The translations under genes were made by a program, and so were the position numbers. The notes under the pieces were generated by a model. That model had not been told where the DNA came from. It made no database searches and saw only the letters and a program-made list of their open reading frames with translations. Below are positions 51,697 through 63,300 of a DNA stretch of 64,000 bases, piece by piece. The DNA is taken from contig CAWBHS010000076.1 of NCBI GenBank assembly GCA_963788655.1, positions 32,001-96,000 on the forward strand. The letters are read 5' to 3'. Within the stretch, counting starts at the first letter, position 1, and each line of letters begins with the position of its first letter. The DNA is from an uncultured Verrucomicrobiae bacterium (GTDB lineage: Bacteria; Verrucomicrobiota; Verrucomicrobiia; Limisphaerales; JAFGQR01).

Positions 51697-52649
51697 AACG
51701 TGAACGCATGATCATCGCCGGGGGCAGTGGTTTTCTCGGCCACGTTTTGCGGACCTACTTTCTCCAACGCGGATTTGAAGTGCTGGTGCTGACCCGCTCG
51801 GCGGGCAACGGGCCGGGCAATAATCGGAGCCGCGATTGCTACTGGGATGGTCGGACGTTGGGCGAATGGGCGCAGAAACTTAAAGGCGCTGACGTGCTCA
51901 TCAATCTCGCCGGGCGTTCCGTGAACTGCCGCTATCACGCGCGCAACCGCCAACTCATGATGGATTCGCGCGTCCATTCGACGCGGGTGCTCGGCGAAGC
52001 GATTGCCCGTTGCGAGTGTCCACCACGCGTGTGGCTCAACTCCAGCACCGCCACCATTTATCGGCACACCCTCGGTCCGGCCTGGGATGAGGCGGGCGAA
52101 ATCGGATCAACACCTGAGGCGAAGGACGCGTTTTCCGTTGAAGTAGCGACCGCGTGGGAACGGGTATTCCACGAAGCCGTCACGCCGGGCACCCGGAAGG
52201 TCCAGTTGCGTTCGGCCATGGTGCTGGGGCTCGGATTGAACAGCGTCTTTCCCATGCTGCAACGACTCGTGCGGTTCGGGCTGGGCGGAATGATGGGCAG
52301 CGGCCGGCAGTTCGTTTCGTGGATTCACCAAACAGATTTCTGCCGCGCGGTCGAATTTCTCATTCGGGGGGAGGAGTTCAGCGGGCCAGTGAATCTCGCG
52401 TCGCCTAATCCGCTGCCAAACGTGGAAATGATGCGCATTCTGCGTGAGGTGTGTGGAGTGCCGTTCGGCTTGCCGGCCCCAGAGTGGATGCTGGAGATCG
52501 GCGCCTTCCTGCTGCGCACCGAAACTGAACTGATCATCAAAAGCCGGCGCGTCGTGCCCGGAAAGTTGCTGGCGGCTGACTTCGAATTTCAATTCCCATA
52601 CCTTCGCGATGCCTTCGAGAATTTGTGCGCTCTTGAGAAGAAGCAGTAA
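51693..52649 (+). CDS. TIGR01777-family NAD-dependent epimerase (DUF1731 C-terminus)
   Basis: IAGGSGFLG, INLAGRSVNCRY, SWIH, KSRRVVP. Confidence 0.92.
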   Translation: MKRERMIIAGGSGFLGHVLRTYFLQRGFEVLVLTRSAGNGPGNNRSRDCYWDGRTLGEWAQKLKGADVLINLAGRSVNCRYHARNRQLMMDSRVHSTRVLGEAIARCECPPRVWLNSSTATIYRHTLGPAWDEAGEIGSTPEAKDAFSVEVATAWERVFHEAVTPGTRKVQLRSAMVLGLGLNSVFPMLQRLVRFGLGGMMGSGRQFVSWIHQTDFCRAVEFLIRGEEFSGPVNLASPNPLPNVEMMRILREVCGVPFGLPAPEWMLEIGAFLLRTETELIIKSRRVVPGKLLAADFEFQFPYLRDAFENLCALEKKQ

Positions 52650-52731
52650 GCCGTGAGCCGTGAACTTTGAAGCCGGTATTTGAATTGACCACGGATCGCG
52701 GATTACGTGGATAGCAAGCCATTCACATTAA

Positions 52732-53340
52732 TCACCATTGATTCTTTGGATCGTACGGCCCTTCGCATAGGCTTTCCCGCACCGGGCGACGACCGGTGGG
52801 CGTTTCGCGCTCCTGCAATTCCGGCGGCAGCTCGGCGGGATTGCCCGGTCGGCCGAGGGCGAACATGGCGGCCACGGCAAAATGGTCCGGCACGTGCAGG
52901 TCCGTTCGGGCCTTCTCGAAATCGAATCCAGCCATTCCGTGGGCCACAAGACCCATGGATGTCGCTTGCAAGGCCAGATTCTCCCAGGCCGAGCCAGCAT
53001 CGTACAAATGGACCGGATTCGGTTTGCCATTGCGCGTGAACACTTTGCGCGCCAGCACGACTACCAGCACCGCGGCACGCTGGCACCAGACCTGGTTGGC
53101 TTCCATGAGCAGACCGAAAAACAGCGGCCATTGCGGCGTGTCGCGCCGCGCGTAAAGAAAGCGCCACTCCTGTTCGTTGTAGGTCGAAGGCGCCCAGCGG
53201 GCCGCCTCGAACAAGGTCAGCAATTCCTCCTCGCTCAACGGTTCGCCGCTCATCGCCCTGGGGGACCAGCGCCGCAGGAAGATCGGCTCAATTGCATGAT
53301 CAGTCTTCCGTGCCGCTGGTTGATTGGTTGGATTGTTCAT
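52732..53340 (-). CDS. Nitroreductase-family protein
   Basis: RRWSPRA, AARWAPSTYNEQEW, HGMAGFD. Confidence 0.93.
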   Translation of the reverse strand: MNNPTNQPAARKTDHAIEPIFLRRWSPRAMSGEPLSEEELLTLFEAARWAPSTYNEQEWRFLYARRDTPQWPLFFGLLMEANQVWCQRAAVLVVVLARKVFTRNGKPNPVHLYDAGSAWENLALQATSMGLVAHGMAGFDFEKARTDLHVPDHFAVAAMFALGRPGNPAELPPELQERETPTGRRPVRESLCEGPYDPKNQW

Positions 53341-53515
53341 AGGTATGTGTATGTCGATTCTTCAATAACATCGTCGCGTTTGCTCCTTCGTTCCGGACCG
53401 TGAACGCGGCTGATTACTGTAACCTGTTTCTCGACTGTGGCCAAGGCGGCCAGTGTGGCGGCGGTTTGGGCGACGCGGGCCGGGAGGGCAGAGCGGGCAG
53501 CGGCTCGGCGCGGGC

Positions 53516-53729
53516 AGTCCCGTCAGGGACCAATGAGAATAGCCCAGCATTTCAATGCTGGGTTGGCGAATTGGAAATTTCGATGAGTCCCGGAGGGACG
53601 TTAGAGATGCCCGCGGCAGTGGTAACCGTGGCAAAGAATTTCTTTCGTCCCTCCGGGATTCGTTGCGTTTTGGGCGGAAGCTACCCTCCGTTCAAATGGT
53701 GGGCTATTAGCGGTCGTCCCGCTGGGACT
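53516..53729. repeat. Composite palindromic element, family E
   Basis: AGTCCCGTCAGGGAC..AATAGCCC ... GGGCTATT..GTCCCGCTGGGACT outer arms; inner TCCCGGAGGGACG / CGTCCCTCCGGGA. Confidence 0.75.
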
Positions 53730-53793
53730 CGAACTACCATCGCGCAAAGCAATTGGCGGTTGTTCCCATCGCGCGATATCTGCCTCGCAATCC

Positions 53794-56529
53794 TCAGTCT
53801 GTCTCCGCCAACAGCGTCAGCCAGAATGGATTCCCGGACGTGCCGTCAGGAGGCGGGTTAGCCAGGAAGATTTTGGAGCCGAGGTGTTCACCGAGCTGGC
53901 GGTAACTTTCCCATTGGGCCTCGTCGAAGAACTGGTCCGCCGTGCTCTGATGGGGGAAGTCAGGATTCTCCAGCATGTAGTTGCGGACGTTCGGCGGTTC
54001 ATCGCCCAGCAAGGTTGCCTTCACGTAGAGCAGCACCGAGCTCGTGTCTGTATCCGGGTAGTTGATGCGGAACAACGCGGCGCATTTCTTGGCCGGCTCA
54101 GTGATCCGACCGTCGGCGTCGCGGGTGGGCGTCATCTCATCAAACGTCCCGCCGTGCGGTCCCGGCACGGCCAATTGGTCGCGCACCGGACGGAAATACT
54201 CGCGCCATTGCTGTTTGGCATCCTTGCTTGCACCGGGGCGGGTGGTGGCCAGGCGGTCCACGGCGTCGTTCCATTCCTGGTCGGTGAACAGGTCCAGTTG
54301 CGCCTGGAAATCGATCCGCACTTTGCGCTGGAAGTTGGCGAAGTCGTCGAAGTCGTAATCACTGTCCGCGCCCGCATCGATGACGATCATGTACGGGACG
54401 CGGCGTCGCACCAGTTCGTAGGCGCCCAGGTTTTCGAAATGCCCGCCATCGGACAAATACCACAAGCGCGACCACGGCCCGGGAAAGCGCGCCAAGGCTT
54501 CGTCGAGCAGGCAACTTTGCGTGGGAAAAATGTGCGGCAGGAGCCACAGCAGCCGCCGCGAGAACGAGACGTGCGGCCGCATTCCGCGATCGGCGGCGCT
54601 CAGTCCGGTATCCCACCAGTAACCGGTGCGCAAGCCGCTCATAGTAAACAAAAAGGAGAGCGCCAGGCTGGTGTGCTGGCCCATGCCGGAACCGAAAGCC
54701 GCCCCCGAGATGGCCATCCACCGCCGCAGCGGCATGCTTTCGAGCCGCTCTTGCGTACCGCACCACGACGGGCGGACCGGCGGCGGATTGCCGCGGATGT
54801 CCAGCAACGGATGGGCAGTGCCGGGCACTTGGCCGACCGCGAATTGCGGCGCGTCCCACAGCCCGTGCCAATACCGTCCGATGCTCAGGCCGAGCGGACT
54901 GACGGCGAGGATGTTTCCCAAACGGTCGCGCGATTCGCGCAAGGTCAATTGGTCCACGGTCTCGTTTACGCAAGTTCCCAAAAGGTGCAACGGCCCGCCC
55001 GCCTTGAACGGTTGGTAGGCGGTCAGCGAATCGGTGTCGTCTCCGGGCATGACCTGGTCGATGTCGCGTCCCATGCGGTTGCGACTGGCCTGGCGCAACG
55101 GGTTCGACGCGCCGAGGTAAGCCCCCGCCAGGCGCGCCGCGTACGTTTGGTTAAGCGACGAACGATTGATGAACGGCAGCGACACGGGAAAGGCGAACAG
55201 GATCGAAAGAAACAAACCGCCGAGCACGAGCATCTCTCCGCGACGCGGCGTGTCGCCTCCGCCAAAGGTGGCATGACTCAGCAGGCACACCACGACGGTG
55301 GGTGGGGCAATCAACATCACCGCCACCAACGCGTTCACGGCCGGCAGGGAAAGCCAGCGCGTCAACGAGCTGGGATTTTTGTTTTTGGACTGCCATTGCG
55401 AAACCATCCTGGCGGTGAACTGCAACACGGGTAACAAACCCACCAGGACCGCACCCACCTGGGCCAGCGCGGCGAGGTAAGATTGGTTGTGGCGCAGGTA
55501 GGCTTCGTACACGGCGTGAGCCGCCGTGTCCACGAACGCAAATCCCAACAAGCTAAGGCCCAGGGCCAGCCACAATCCCAGGTCCAACGTTAGAATTGCC
55601 CGCGCGCGCAAGCGTTCGATCGAGTCGCCGCCGGTGCCGACGGCCGCATTCTGCAGCCGCACTTGCCACCAGGCGTGCTCGACAAAGAGGAACGATGCCA
55701 ACAACGGAACTGCCGCCAGCGCGGTGGTAGTGTTCCACCCGTTGCGCACCGTCAGCGAGAGCAGAACGGTGAGCACGAAAAAAGTGGCGCCCAGGATGGC
55801 GCAGTTGTAGCGCTCGGGCCAGCGCGGCGAAACGAGCCAATAGCCGATGCCGCGCGGAATAATGAACACCAGCAACACCAATTCGAACAGCATGAACCAC
55901 GGGCTCCAAAACGCTCCCAAGCCGCCGGCTTCCACCAAGTGCCCCAAGGGCATGTCTGCCCAATCGAGTCCGCCAATGTACGGAAACACCGCGGAGACTT
56001 TTTCCAACAGATCGTAACGAAGCGTGTTGGCCACCCCAAACGCCACGAACGCGATCAAGCCCACCACCAAGTGCAACGTCAAAAAATTCCGGAAGAAGAT
56101 CCCCAGGTTGGTGTGCAGGTCGCTCTTGCCGTTGGGGGCGATGTAGTTCCCGTGCCGCCGCAACCAGGTGATTTCCGGCGACTGCGGGTCCACTAATGCG
56201 CCTTCCACCAAGTCCGCCGGCGGAACCGGCGAGCCGCGGAGCCGGTCGAAGAATCGTCCCAGGAAGCAGCCGATGTAGCCGCCGCCGGAGATGGTCGAGA
56301 GCACGTCAACACGCCGAAGCAAGTGATGCTTCGCCAGCGCCTGCAACATCCCCAGGTTGAACGTCGCGCTGCGAATGCCTCCGCCGGATAGTCCCAGTCC
56401 CAGGGTGTCTTTCGGTAACTGACCATCGGCGGCATCTCCGACCGGCAGCCCACAAGTGGTCCGCCGCTCGTGAATGGCGGCGCTCTCCGCGCGGCGGAGT
56501 TCCGACGGGTAAATTTGGAAAGGTTCCAT
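53794..56529 (-). CDS. Multi-TM patatin/cPLA2-like phospholipase
   Basis: LSGGGIRSA oxyanion motif, STISGG (Ser), SDGGHFENLG (Asp); many TM helices between the two. Confidence 0.85.
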   Translation of the reverse strand: MEPFQIYPSELRRAESAAIHERRTTCGLPVGDAADGQLPKDTLGLGLSGGGIRSATFNLGMLQALAKHHLLRRVDVLSTISGGGYIGCFLGRFFDRLRGSPVPPADLVEGALVDPQSPEITWLRRHGNYIAPNGKSDLHTNLGIFFRNFLTLHLVVGLIAFVAFGVANTLRYDLLEKVSAVFPYIGGLDWADMPLGHLVEAGGLGAFWSPWFMLFELVLLVFIIPRGIGYWLVSPRWPERYNCAILGATFFVLTVLLSLTVRNGWNTTTALAAVPLLASFLFVEHAWWQVRLQNAAVGTGGDSIERLRARAILTLDLGLWLALGLSLLGFAFVDTAAHAVYEAYLRHNQSYLAALAQVGAVLVGLLPVLQFTARMVSQWQSKNKNPSSLTRWLSLPAVNALVAVMLIAPPTVVVCLLSHATFGGGDTPRRGEMLVLGGLFLSILFAFPVSLPFINRSSLNQTYAARLAGAYLGASNPLRQASRNRMGRDIDQVMPGDDTDSLTAYQPFKAGGPLHLLGTCVNETVDQLTLRESRDRLGNILAVSPLGLSIGRYWHGLWDAPQFAVGQVPGTAHPLLDIRGNPPPVRPSWCGTQERLESMPLRRWMAISGAAFGSGMGQHTSLALSFLFTMSGLRTGYWWDTGLSAADRGMRPHVSFSRRLLWLLPHIFPTQSCLLDEALARFPGPWSRLWYLSDGGHFENLGAYELVRRRVPYMIVIDAGADSDYDFDDFANFQRKVRIDFQAQLDLFTDQEWNDAVDRLATTRPGASKDAKQQWREYFRPVRDQLAVPGPHGGTFDEMTPTRDADGRITEPAKKCAALFRINYPDTDTSSVLLYVKATLLGDEPPNVRNYMLENPDFPHQSTADQFFDEAQWESYRQLGEHLGSKIFLANPPPDGTSGNPFWLTLLAETD

Positions 56530-56548
56530 AATCGAAGTGAATTGATTT

Positions 56549-58548
56549 TTACTGCCGCCAGGCCGCCTGGATCGTGTCCGCCGCTTTTTCGCTGGCCATG
56601 TAAATGTCCGTCACGATGAAGTAACCGGGAATGCGCCAGAAGATCGAAGCATCCACCACGCGCAAGCCCGCCACCGGTTTGCGGCGACCATTTTCGTCCG
56701 GTTGGTCCAGCACCCGGAACTGGCTGTCCAATACCGCGGACGGATCGCCCGCCCGGCCCATCCGGCAAGTGCCGCAAGCGTGATGCCCCCAGGCTTCACG
56801 CTTGATCCATGCTTTAACCTCGGCGTCGGATTGGCAACTGGCGCCGGGATGGTCTTCGTTTTTCAAGCCGGCGCAATGGGCGATCTTGCGGACGAATTTC
56901 ACCCCCTCGATCAGGGCCTCCAAATCCGGGTCGTCGTCGGTGCAATCCGGGCGCGACACTTCCTGAAAATAGTGAAAGTTGATTTCCGGGCGATCGCGGG
57001 GATCGGTCCGTTTTGAGTCGTCACTTGGCCGTCGCGATTGGCGGTGTGTGATTTCAAAATGGCCCAGGTGAACAGATCACGTTCCGGCACCCGGGAGTAG
57101 CCGCGGAAGTAGCCGTAGAACTTCAACGGAATGCCGAAGATGAAGAGGTTGGGCTGGGGCACATCCGGGCGCGAACGCTTGAGGATCGCCAGGACGGCGC
57201 CGTTGCTGGCGTACAGTCCACTGCCGTCCTGACGCCACCGGGTCATTGGTTCGTCGGGCTGACCGTTCGCGGTGGGCATCGCGAGCGTGGCGCCATGCAA
57301 TAACTCGAAGTTCTCCGGCATTTTGCTGACAACCGTGACTTCGTAGCGATCCTGGAGGTTCCGTCCCACGCCCGGCGAAGGCACCAGACATTGGATGCCG
57401 AGGTCTTCGAGGTGTTGCTTCGGCCCGATGCCGGAGAGCATCAGCAATTGCGGTGTGTTGAACGCGCCGCCGGACAGGACCACCTCGCGACGGGCGTGAA
57501 CGCGACCGGCGGTTCCGTCCTGCGTCGAAGGATTGGGCACCGCTCGGTAGAGCTTGTCCCCAAGGCGGTATTCGACACCCGTCGCCCGCCATCCGCCTTG
57601 GCCATCAGCGTCGAGCAAGACTTTCGTGACCAAACAATCAGAAACGATCGTCAGCCGTTCCGGGTAGGTGCGCTGCACCGCTTGCAACCGCTCACGCGGA
57701 CTCGAACGGTGACCGCGCCTCGCCGTGTCATCTGTCTTTGGGCCGCAAATAGCCGTTGGAATCAAAGCGACGCCTGCGGGACGTTGTGCCTGCCGGCGCG
57801 CGTGGTTTGGGTCCAGTTCCTCAAAACCTTCGCCGGCCAGAATTCGTTTGATCAAACGTTTGGGTGGAGCTTCCAGTCCGGTCAAAACCGCGGCAGCGAC
57901 CGCGCCAAACAACATCCCGAGAAGCTGCTTGTCTCCCAATCCAATGCTCAGGTCCACGGTGCTCGTGTGCAGCCATCCGCCAAAGCCGTGACGCCCGCGC
58001 GTGGGATCGACTTCCCGGCCGAAGAGCCAACGCACGTGTTCGAGAGCTTTCTTCCAGGGCGTGGTGGGGCGCGGTTCGGGCAACGGGAGGAATTCGCAGT
58101 GCTCGATCTTTTCGAAGTAAGTCCGCATCGTGTCCGCCCGCCACGAACCATCCCCGAGGAACCACGCCAGTTCGTCCCAATCCGAATCGGGCCCGGCGAT
58201 GGTGATCATGGCGTTGTGGACCGTGCAGCCGCCGATGCCCGTGGCGCGCGGGTAAAAAATCCCCTGCTCTTGCTGGTCCCATTTCGGGTCCGGCGATTTC
58301 GGCTGGTCGTAGTGTTTGACGAAGAATTGCCAGCTTATCTCCGGATTCTCCGAGGCCGGTCCGTGCAAGACGGGGACCTGGGTAATCTCCTCTTCCTTGA
58401 ATTGGCCCGGCCCCGCTTCAAGCACCAACACATGCCATCCGTTCTCGGCCAATCGCGCTGCCAGCGGAGCTCCGCCGGCGCCCGATCCCACGATGATGAT
58501 ATCATACGGGCTGTCCTCGGGAGAGGTGGTCTTGGCGATGGTAGCCAT
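56549..58548 (-). CDS. GMC-family FAD oxidoreductase; frameshift near 57010
   Basis: GSGAGG, YPRATGIGGCT.HN, GGAFNTPQLLMLSGIG, WGHHACGTC, LRVVDAS. Confidence 0.93.
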
Positions 58549-58638
58549 AATTGATTCGTTACCTGGGGAGCGCGCCCGCCTCGGGCGCAGTGGTTGGCGC
58601 CTCGCCAACCAGCTCTGCCCCGCGGGCACGAACTCGTT

Positions 58639-61569
58639 TTAGAACGTTTTCATTAATTCGATGAGCGCTTCCTTGTCGTCGTCGCTCAAGTCCCGGAACC
58701 AGGGAAAATAGTGTCCCTTGTCCATGACAAAATCAGGACACTTGCTGACGCGCAGGAGCGCGGGAGCGATCTCCGTCCGAAGCACCTCCAATTTATCCTG
58801 GTCCTGCAAATGCCGGGTCTCGATTTCTGCCAGGGCATTCAGGGTCGTTTTGAGCGTCCGCTTCAGATGTCTGGTGCCGGCATCGGGATTGATGTTGGCC
58901 AGCAAGTCCACCGGCGTGCCGGCCGGAATGGGGCCCAGCCGCAAGTCACCCAGACCGCCCGCGAGGAAATAGATGAACAGTCCGAGCACCAACGCCAGAG
59001 CCAGTGACGCGTAGCCCGCCAACCGCTCAAGCCGGCCCGCGCGATTGGCCCCGCGGCTGACCAACAACAGCACGAGCGCCGCTACCAGCAGGACAATGCT
59101 GGGCACGGCCTTCCATTTTCCCCAGCTTTCGAGGACATCGGCCAGTTTGTCGAGCGCCGACGGCCAGGGAAGCCGGCGCGCGAAAGCCGGCACGTGTTTG
59201 GCGGGAATGATGATGTAGGTTTCGCAAGGCGTTCGCCAAATCAGGCCGTGATCGCGCGCCAATTGTTCGGCCGATGCGTAATTCGTGTTCTGCGCGCGCT
59301 GATCCAGCCAGAGCAGTTTGTGAACGGCATCGTCGAACGCAGCCAATCGTCCTTTCACCGACGGATCGTTGTTGAACAAACCCAGACTGTTATTGTGCAG
59401 AAAGGGCGCCGTCGCCCAAATCGACATCAACGACGCCGGCCGGTAGAAACCGGGTCCGCCGCCGCCGGGTGGACCGCCGTTCAAAGTGCGGTGCCGGGGC
59501 GTGAAGAAGTCGTCTTCTCCGTTCGGGCCTTTGTAAGGATTGAAGAACGGGATGGAACCAATTGAGGCCATGCCCTTGTAACTTGCCGAGGAAAAGTCTT
59601 CCCATAGATGGCCGCTCGTCCCGTTGTTGGCCATCGCGCGTTTCGGATTGGTGCCGACGTAGTTCACCGGCACGCGAAAGTCCGTGGAGAGAAAGTTTAA
59701 GCGCCAGAACTCAGGCAGCTCGACGATTTGCGTTGCCCAAGCAGCGTAATCGTCGCGCCGCAGCCATTGGCCGGGATCGTGATCCCACAATTCGCCCCGT
59801 TGCTCGCACTCAACGATGCTCTTCTTGCGGTCGGCAATCAGCGCCGCGTTGGTCTGCAGGTAGGCCTCCAAGTCAGCCTCTTTTTGCACCAGAAGGCGGG
59901 GATTCGTTTCGGGTTGAACGCTCGAATGGCAAACGATGCAGTTCCGGGCAAACACCCGCCGTCCGCGCGCCAGTTTATCGATGTGAATTCGTTTCTCAAC
60001 GTCGTCCGGTCCCCGCGCATCGAGCAACGGCATGCTGGGCGTGATCTTCAGAAAGTAATCGCGCAAAGCGCCAACGCGCAGTTGCGTAGCCCGCCAATAA
60101 AGCGAGTGTTCCCGGCAATCCTTGATGGTGAAGGGCAACTGGGTCCGGACGCGTTGCTCGGCGTTGGTCGCAGCTTTGGGCGGCAGGAAACCAATCAGCG
60201 GTTCGTGCAGCCGAATCCATTGCTCCGAGTAAGTGCCGATGTTCAGATACACCCGCGCCAATGCTCCCCAAACGCCAATCGAATCCGCGCCATCCAAAAG
60301 CACCCGCGGCACCCAGCGCGGATTCTTGTTGGAATCTTTCAGTTCCGGAATCAGGTTTGTGTACATCGCCGGCGGATCATTTGTTGGATCCCACCACAAT
60401 GAAGGCAGGTTCGTACTGTCGCCGGCCAGTTGTTCGCGCGGATTTTGAAACGAGCGCAAGATACGTTGCGGCACGCCAAAGATGGCGTTCATCGTGTTCG
60501 GATTGTTGATATTGTCGCTGGCGATGAGGGAGGTGTCGATGGTTCCCGGTGGCTGGCTGTCGAGCACGTGATAGACAAAATTATTGGTCGGCAGCAGGTT
60601 GCCGAAGATCGCGCGGATACGGAGGTATTGGCTGCCAATCGAGCCGGATAAGTTTTCCCAGCGCGGATTGGCTGGGTCTTGCGGCGGATTGAGCGGATGC
60701 GCGCTGGCATGGCAAAAGGCGCAACTCATCCCCACGCGAAACGGCCGGACCAGCTTGGGATCGCTGTAATAGCTTGAGTCCCGATAATATTTGCGCGCAT
60801 CCCATTGCTGCTGGGCGCGGGCATCGAAGTTCGGATTGGGAAACAGCCGGAGTCCGATGACCCCGCTGGACAAACCGTAGATGCGCCATGGAGGAACATT
60901 CGAATAGGCGCCGGTTTCGCCGTAAGGATCGTTTTGGTATTGCGCTGTGGCGGGGTCACCCGAAAAGACCTCCTTTAGCACTTTCCGCCGGTATTCACGT
61001 TCAGTCTCACCGACCGGTTGATCCAGCCAGAGGCCAAACTCGCCATCGGCGGGCTTAACGGTCTCGCGCATTTCCGGTTCGTTGACCATCCCGGCATTGT
61101 GCCAGCGCTGGCCGCGTTTCCGGCTGTCCAACAGTTTGAGCAGGTCCATGAAACCCAGACTGTGATCCGCCAGCCAATCCCAAAAGGCCTCATTGCCCCC
61201 GCACCAAATCATCCAGGTATTCCGGCCCAGCACCTCGCTGGGAGTTGCCACCGGATCCATCAGCACGCGGGCGCCGCGCTGCGGATGCAGGTCGAGCAAT
61301 GGGTCCGGCCAGGTTTCAAGCAGGTTCGTCGAGGTGCTGCCCGCGGGCGCGCTGATCACATCCATGCCCCGGAAGTAATTGACGATGAGTTGGGGATAGA
61401 ATTCGCGAGCGGCTTGATCCGGGGTCTTACCGGCGGCCTTGGCGGCGGCCATGGCTTCGTCGTCGGGTACCCCGCTGGAAGAATAATCGGCGGCAGACAA
61501 CGTTGCGGCCCACGTCAGGACGCCGAATAAACCCAGGCGGCACAGGCTGGTCAAGTTCATAAGAATCAT
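58639..61569 (-). CDS. Exported di-heme c-type cytochrome, RoxA/CCP-MauG-like, with a TM hairpin
   Basis: Signal peptide; CAFCH and CIVCH; SIWATAPFLHNNS; GHYF...LSDDDKEALIE.MKTF. Confidence 0.8.
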   Translation of the reverse strand: MILMNLTSLCRLGLFGVLTWAATLSAADYSSSGVPDDEAMAAAKAAGKTPDQAAREFYPQLIVNYFRGMDVISAPAGSTSTNLLETWPDPLLDLHPQRGARVLMDPVATPSEVLGRNTWMIWCGGNEAFWDWLADHSLGFMDLLKLLDSRKRGQRWHNAGMVNEPEMRETVKPADGEFGLWLDQPVGETEREYRRKVLKEVFSGDPATAQYQNDPYGETGAYSNVPPWRIYGLSSGVIGLRLFPNPNFDARAQQQWDARKYYRDSSYYSDPKLVRPFRVGMSCAFCHASAHPLNPPQDPANPRWENLSGSIGSQYLRIRAIFGNLLPTNNFVYHVLDSQPPGTIDTSLIASDNINNPNTMNAIFGVPQRILRSFQNPREQLAGDSTNLPSLWWDPTNDPPAMYTNLIPELKDSNKNPRWVPRVLLDGADSIGVWGALARVYLNIGTYSEQWIRLHEPLIGFLPPKAATNAEQRVRTQLPFTIKDCREHSLYWRATQLRVGALRDYFLKITPSMPLLDARGPDDVEKRIHIDKLARGRRVFARNCIVCHSSVQPETNPRLLVQKEADLEAYLQTNAALIADRKKSIVECEQRGELWDHDPGQWLRRDDYAAWATQIVELPEFWRLNFLSTDFRVPVNYVGTNPKRAMANNGTSGHLWEDFSSASYKGMASIGSIPFFNPYKGPNGEDDFFTPRHRTLNGGPPGGGGPGFYRPASLMSIWATAPFLHNNSLGLFNNDPSVKGRLAAFDDAVHKLLWLDQRAQNTNYASAEQLARDHGLIWRTPCETYIIIPAKHVPAFARRLPWPSALDKLADVLESWGKWKAVPSIVLLVAALVLLLVSRGANRAGRLERLAGYASLALALVLGLFIYFLAGGLGDLRLGPIPAGTPVDLLANINPDAGTRHLKRTLKTTLNALAEIETRHLQDQDKLEVLRTEIAPALLRVSKCPDFVMDKGHYFPWFRDLSDDDKEALIELMKTF

Positions 61570-62000
61570 TCAACTTCACCGAACCGCCGCCGGCAATTCA
61601 CAATCAGGCCAGAGCGGTCCTTGCTACCTAGCTGATGCACTTCATAAACGAACGTGATCCTTGATACAGCCTGCCTGCCCGCTGGTCAAGCCCAGTCACA
61701 CTATTTCGTGCATTTCCAAACATTGAGTCCGGGAATGGGTTAAAACTCCGCTCAGGGTACTGGAACGGCTGAAAACGTGGACTGCTCCCACGGTCCGCCT
61801 CACGGACTGTCTTCGAACCAGCGTCGCGGCCGGAGCGCCCTCCCGCTTGCCGCACCGTCCCAGACCCGTGACGCTAACTGCGGCGCAATCTTTCATTGTG
61901 CTTACTCTGCGCTTTCCTATATCTTTTGGCTTGCAACCGCTCGTTCCGGTTTGACCGGGCTCCGCCAACACTCCTGAACGAGCTACCGCTATTGAACTAA

Positions 62001-63296
<1,296 letters not shown>

Positions 63297-63300
63297 GCAA

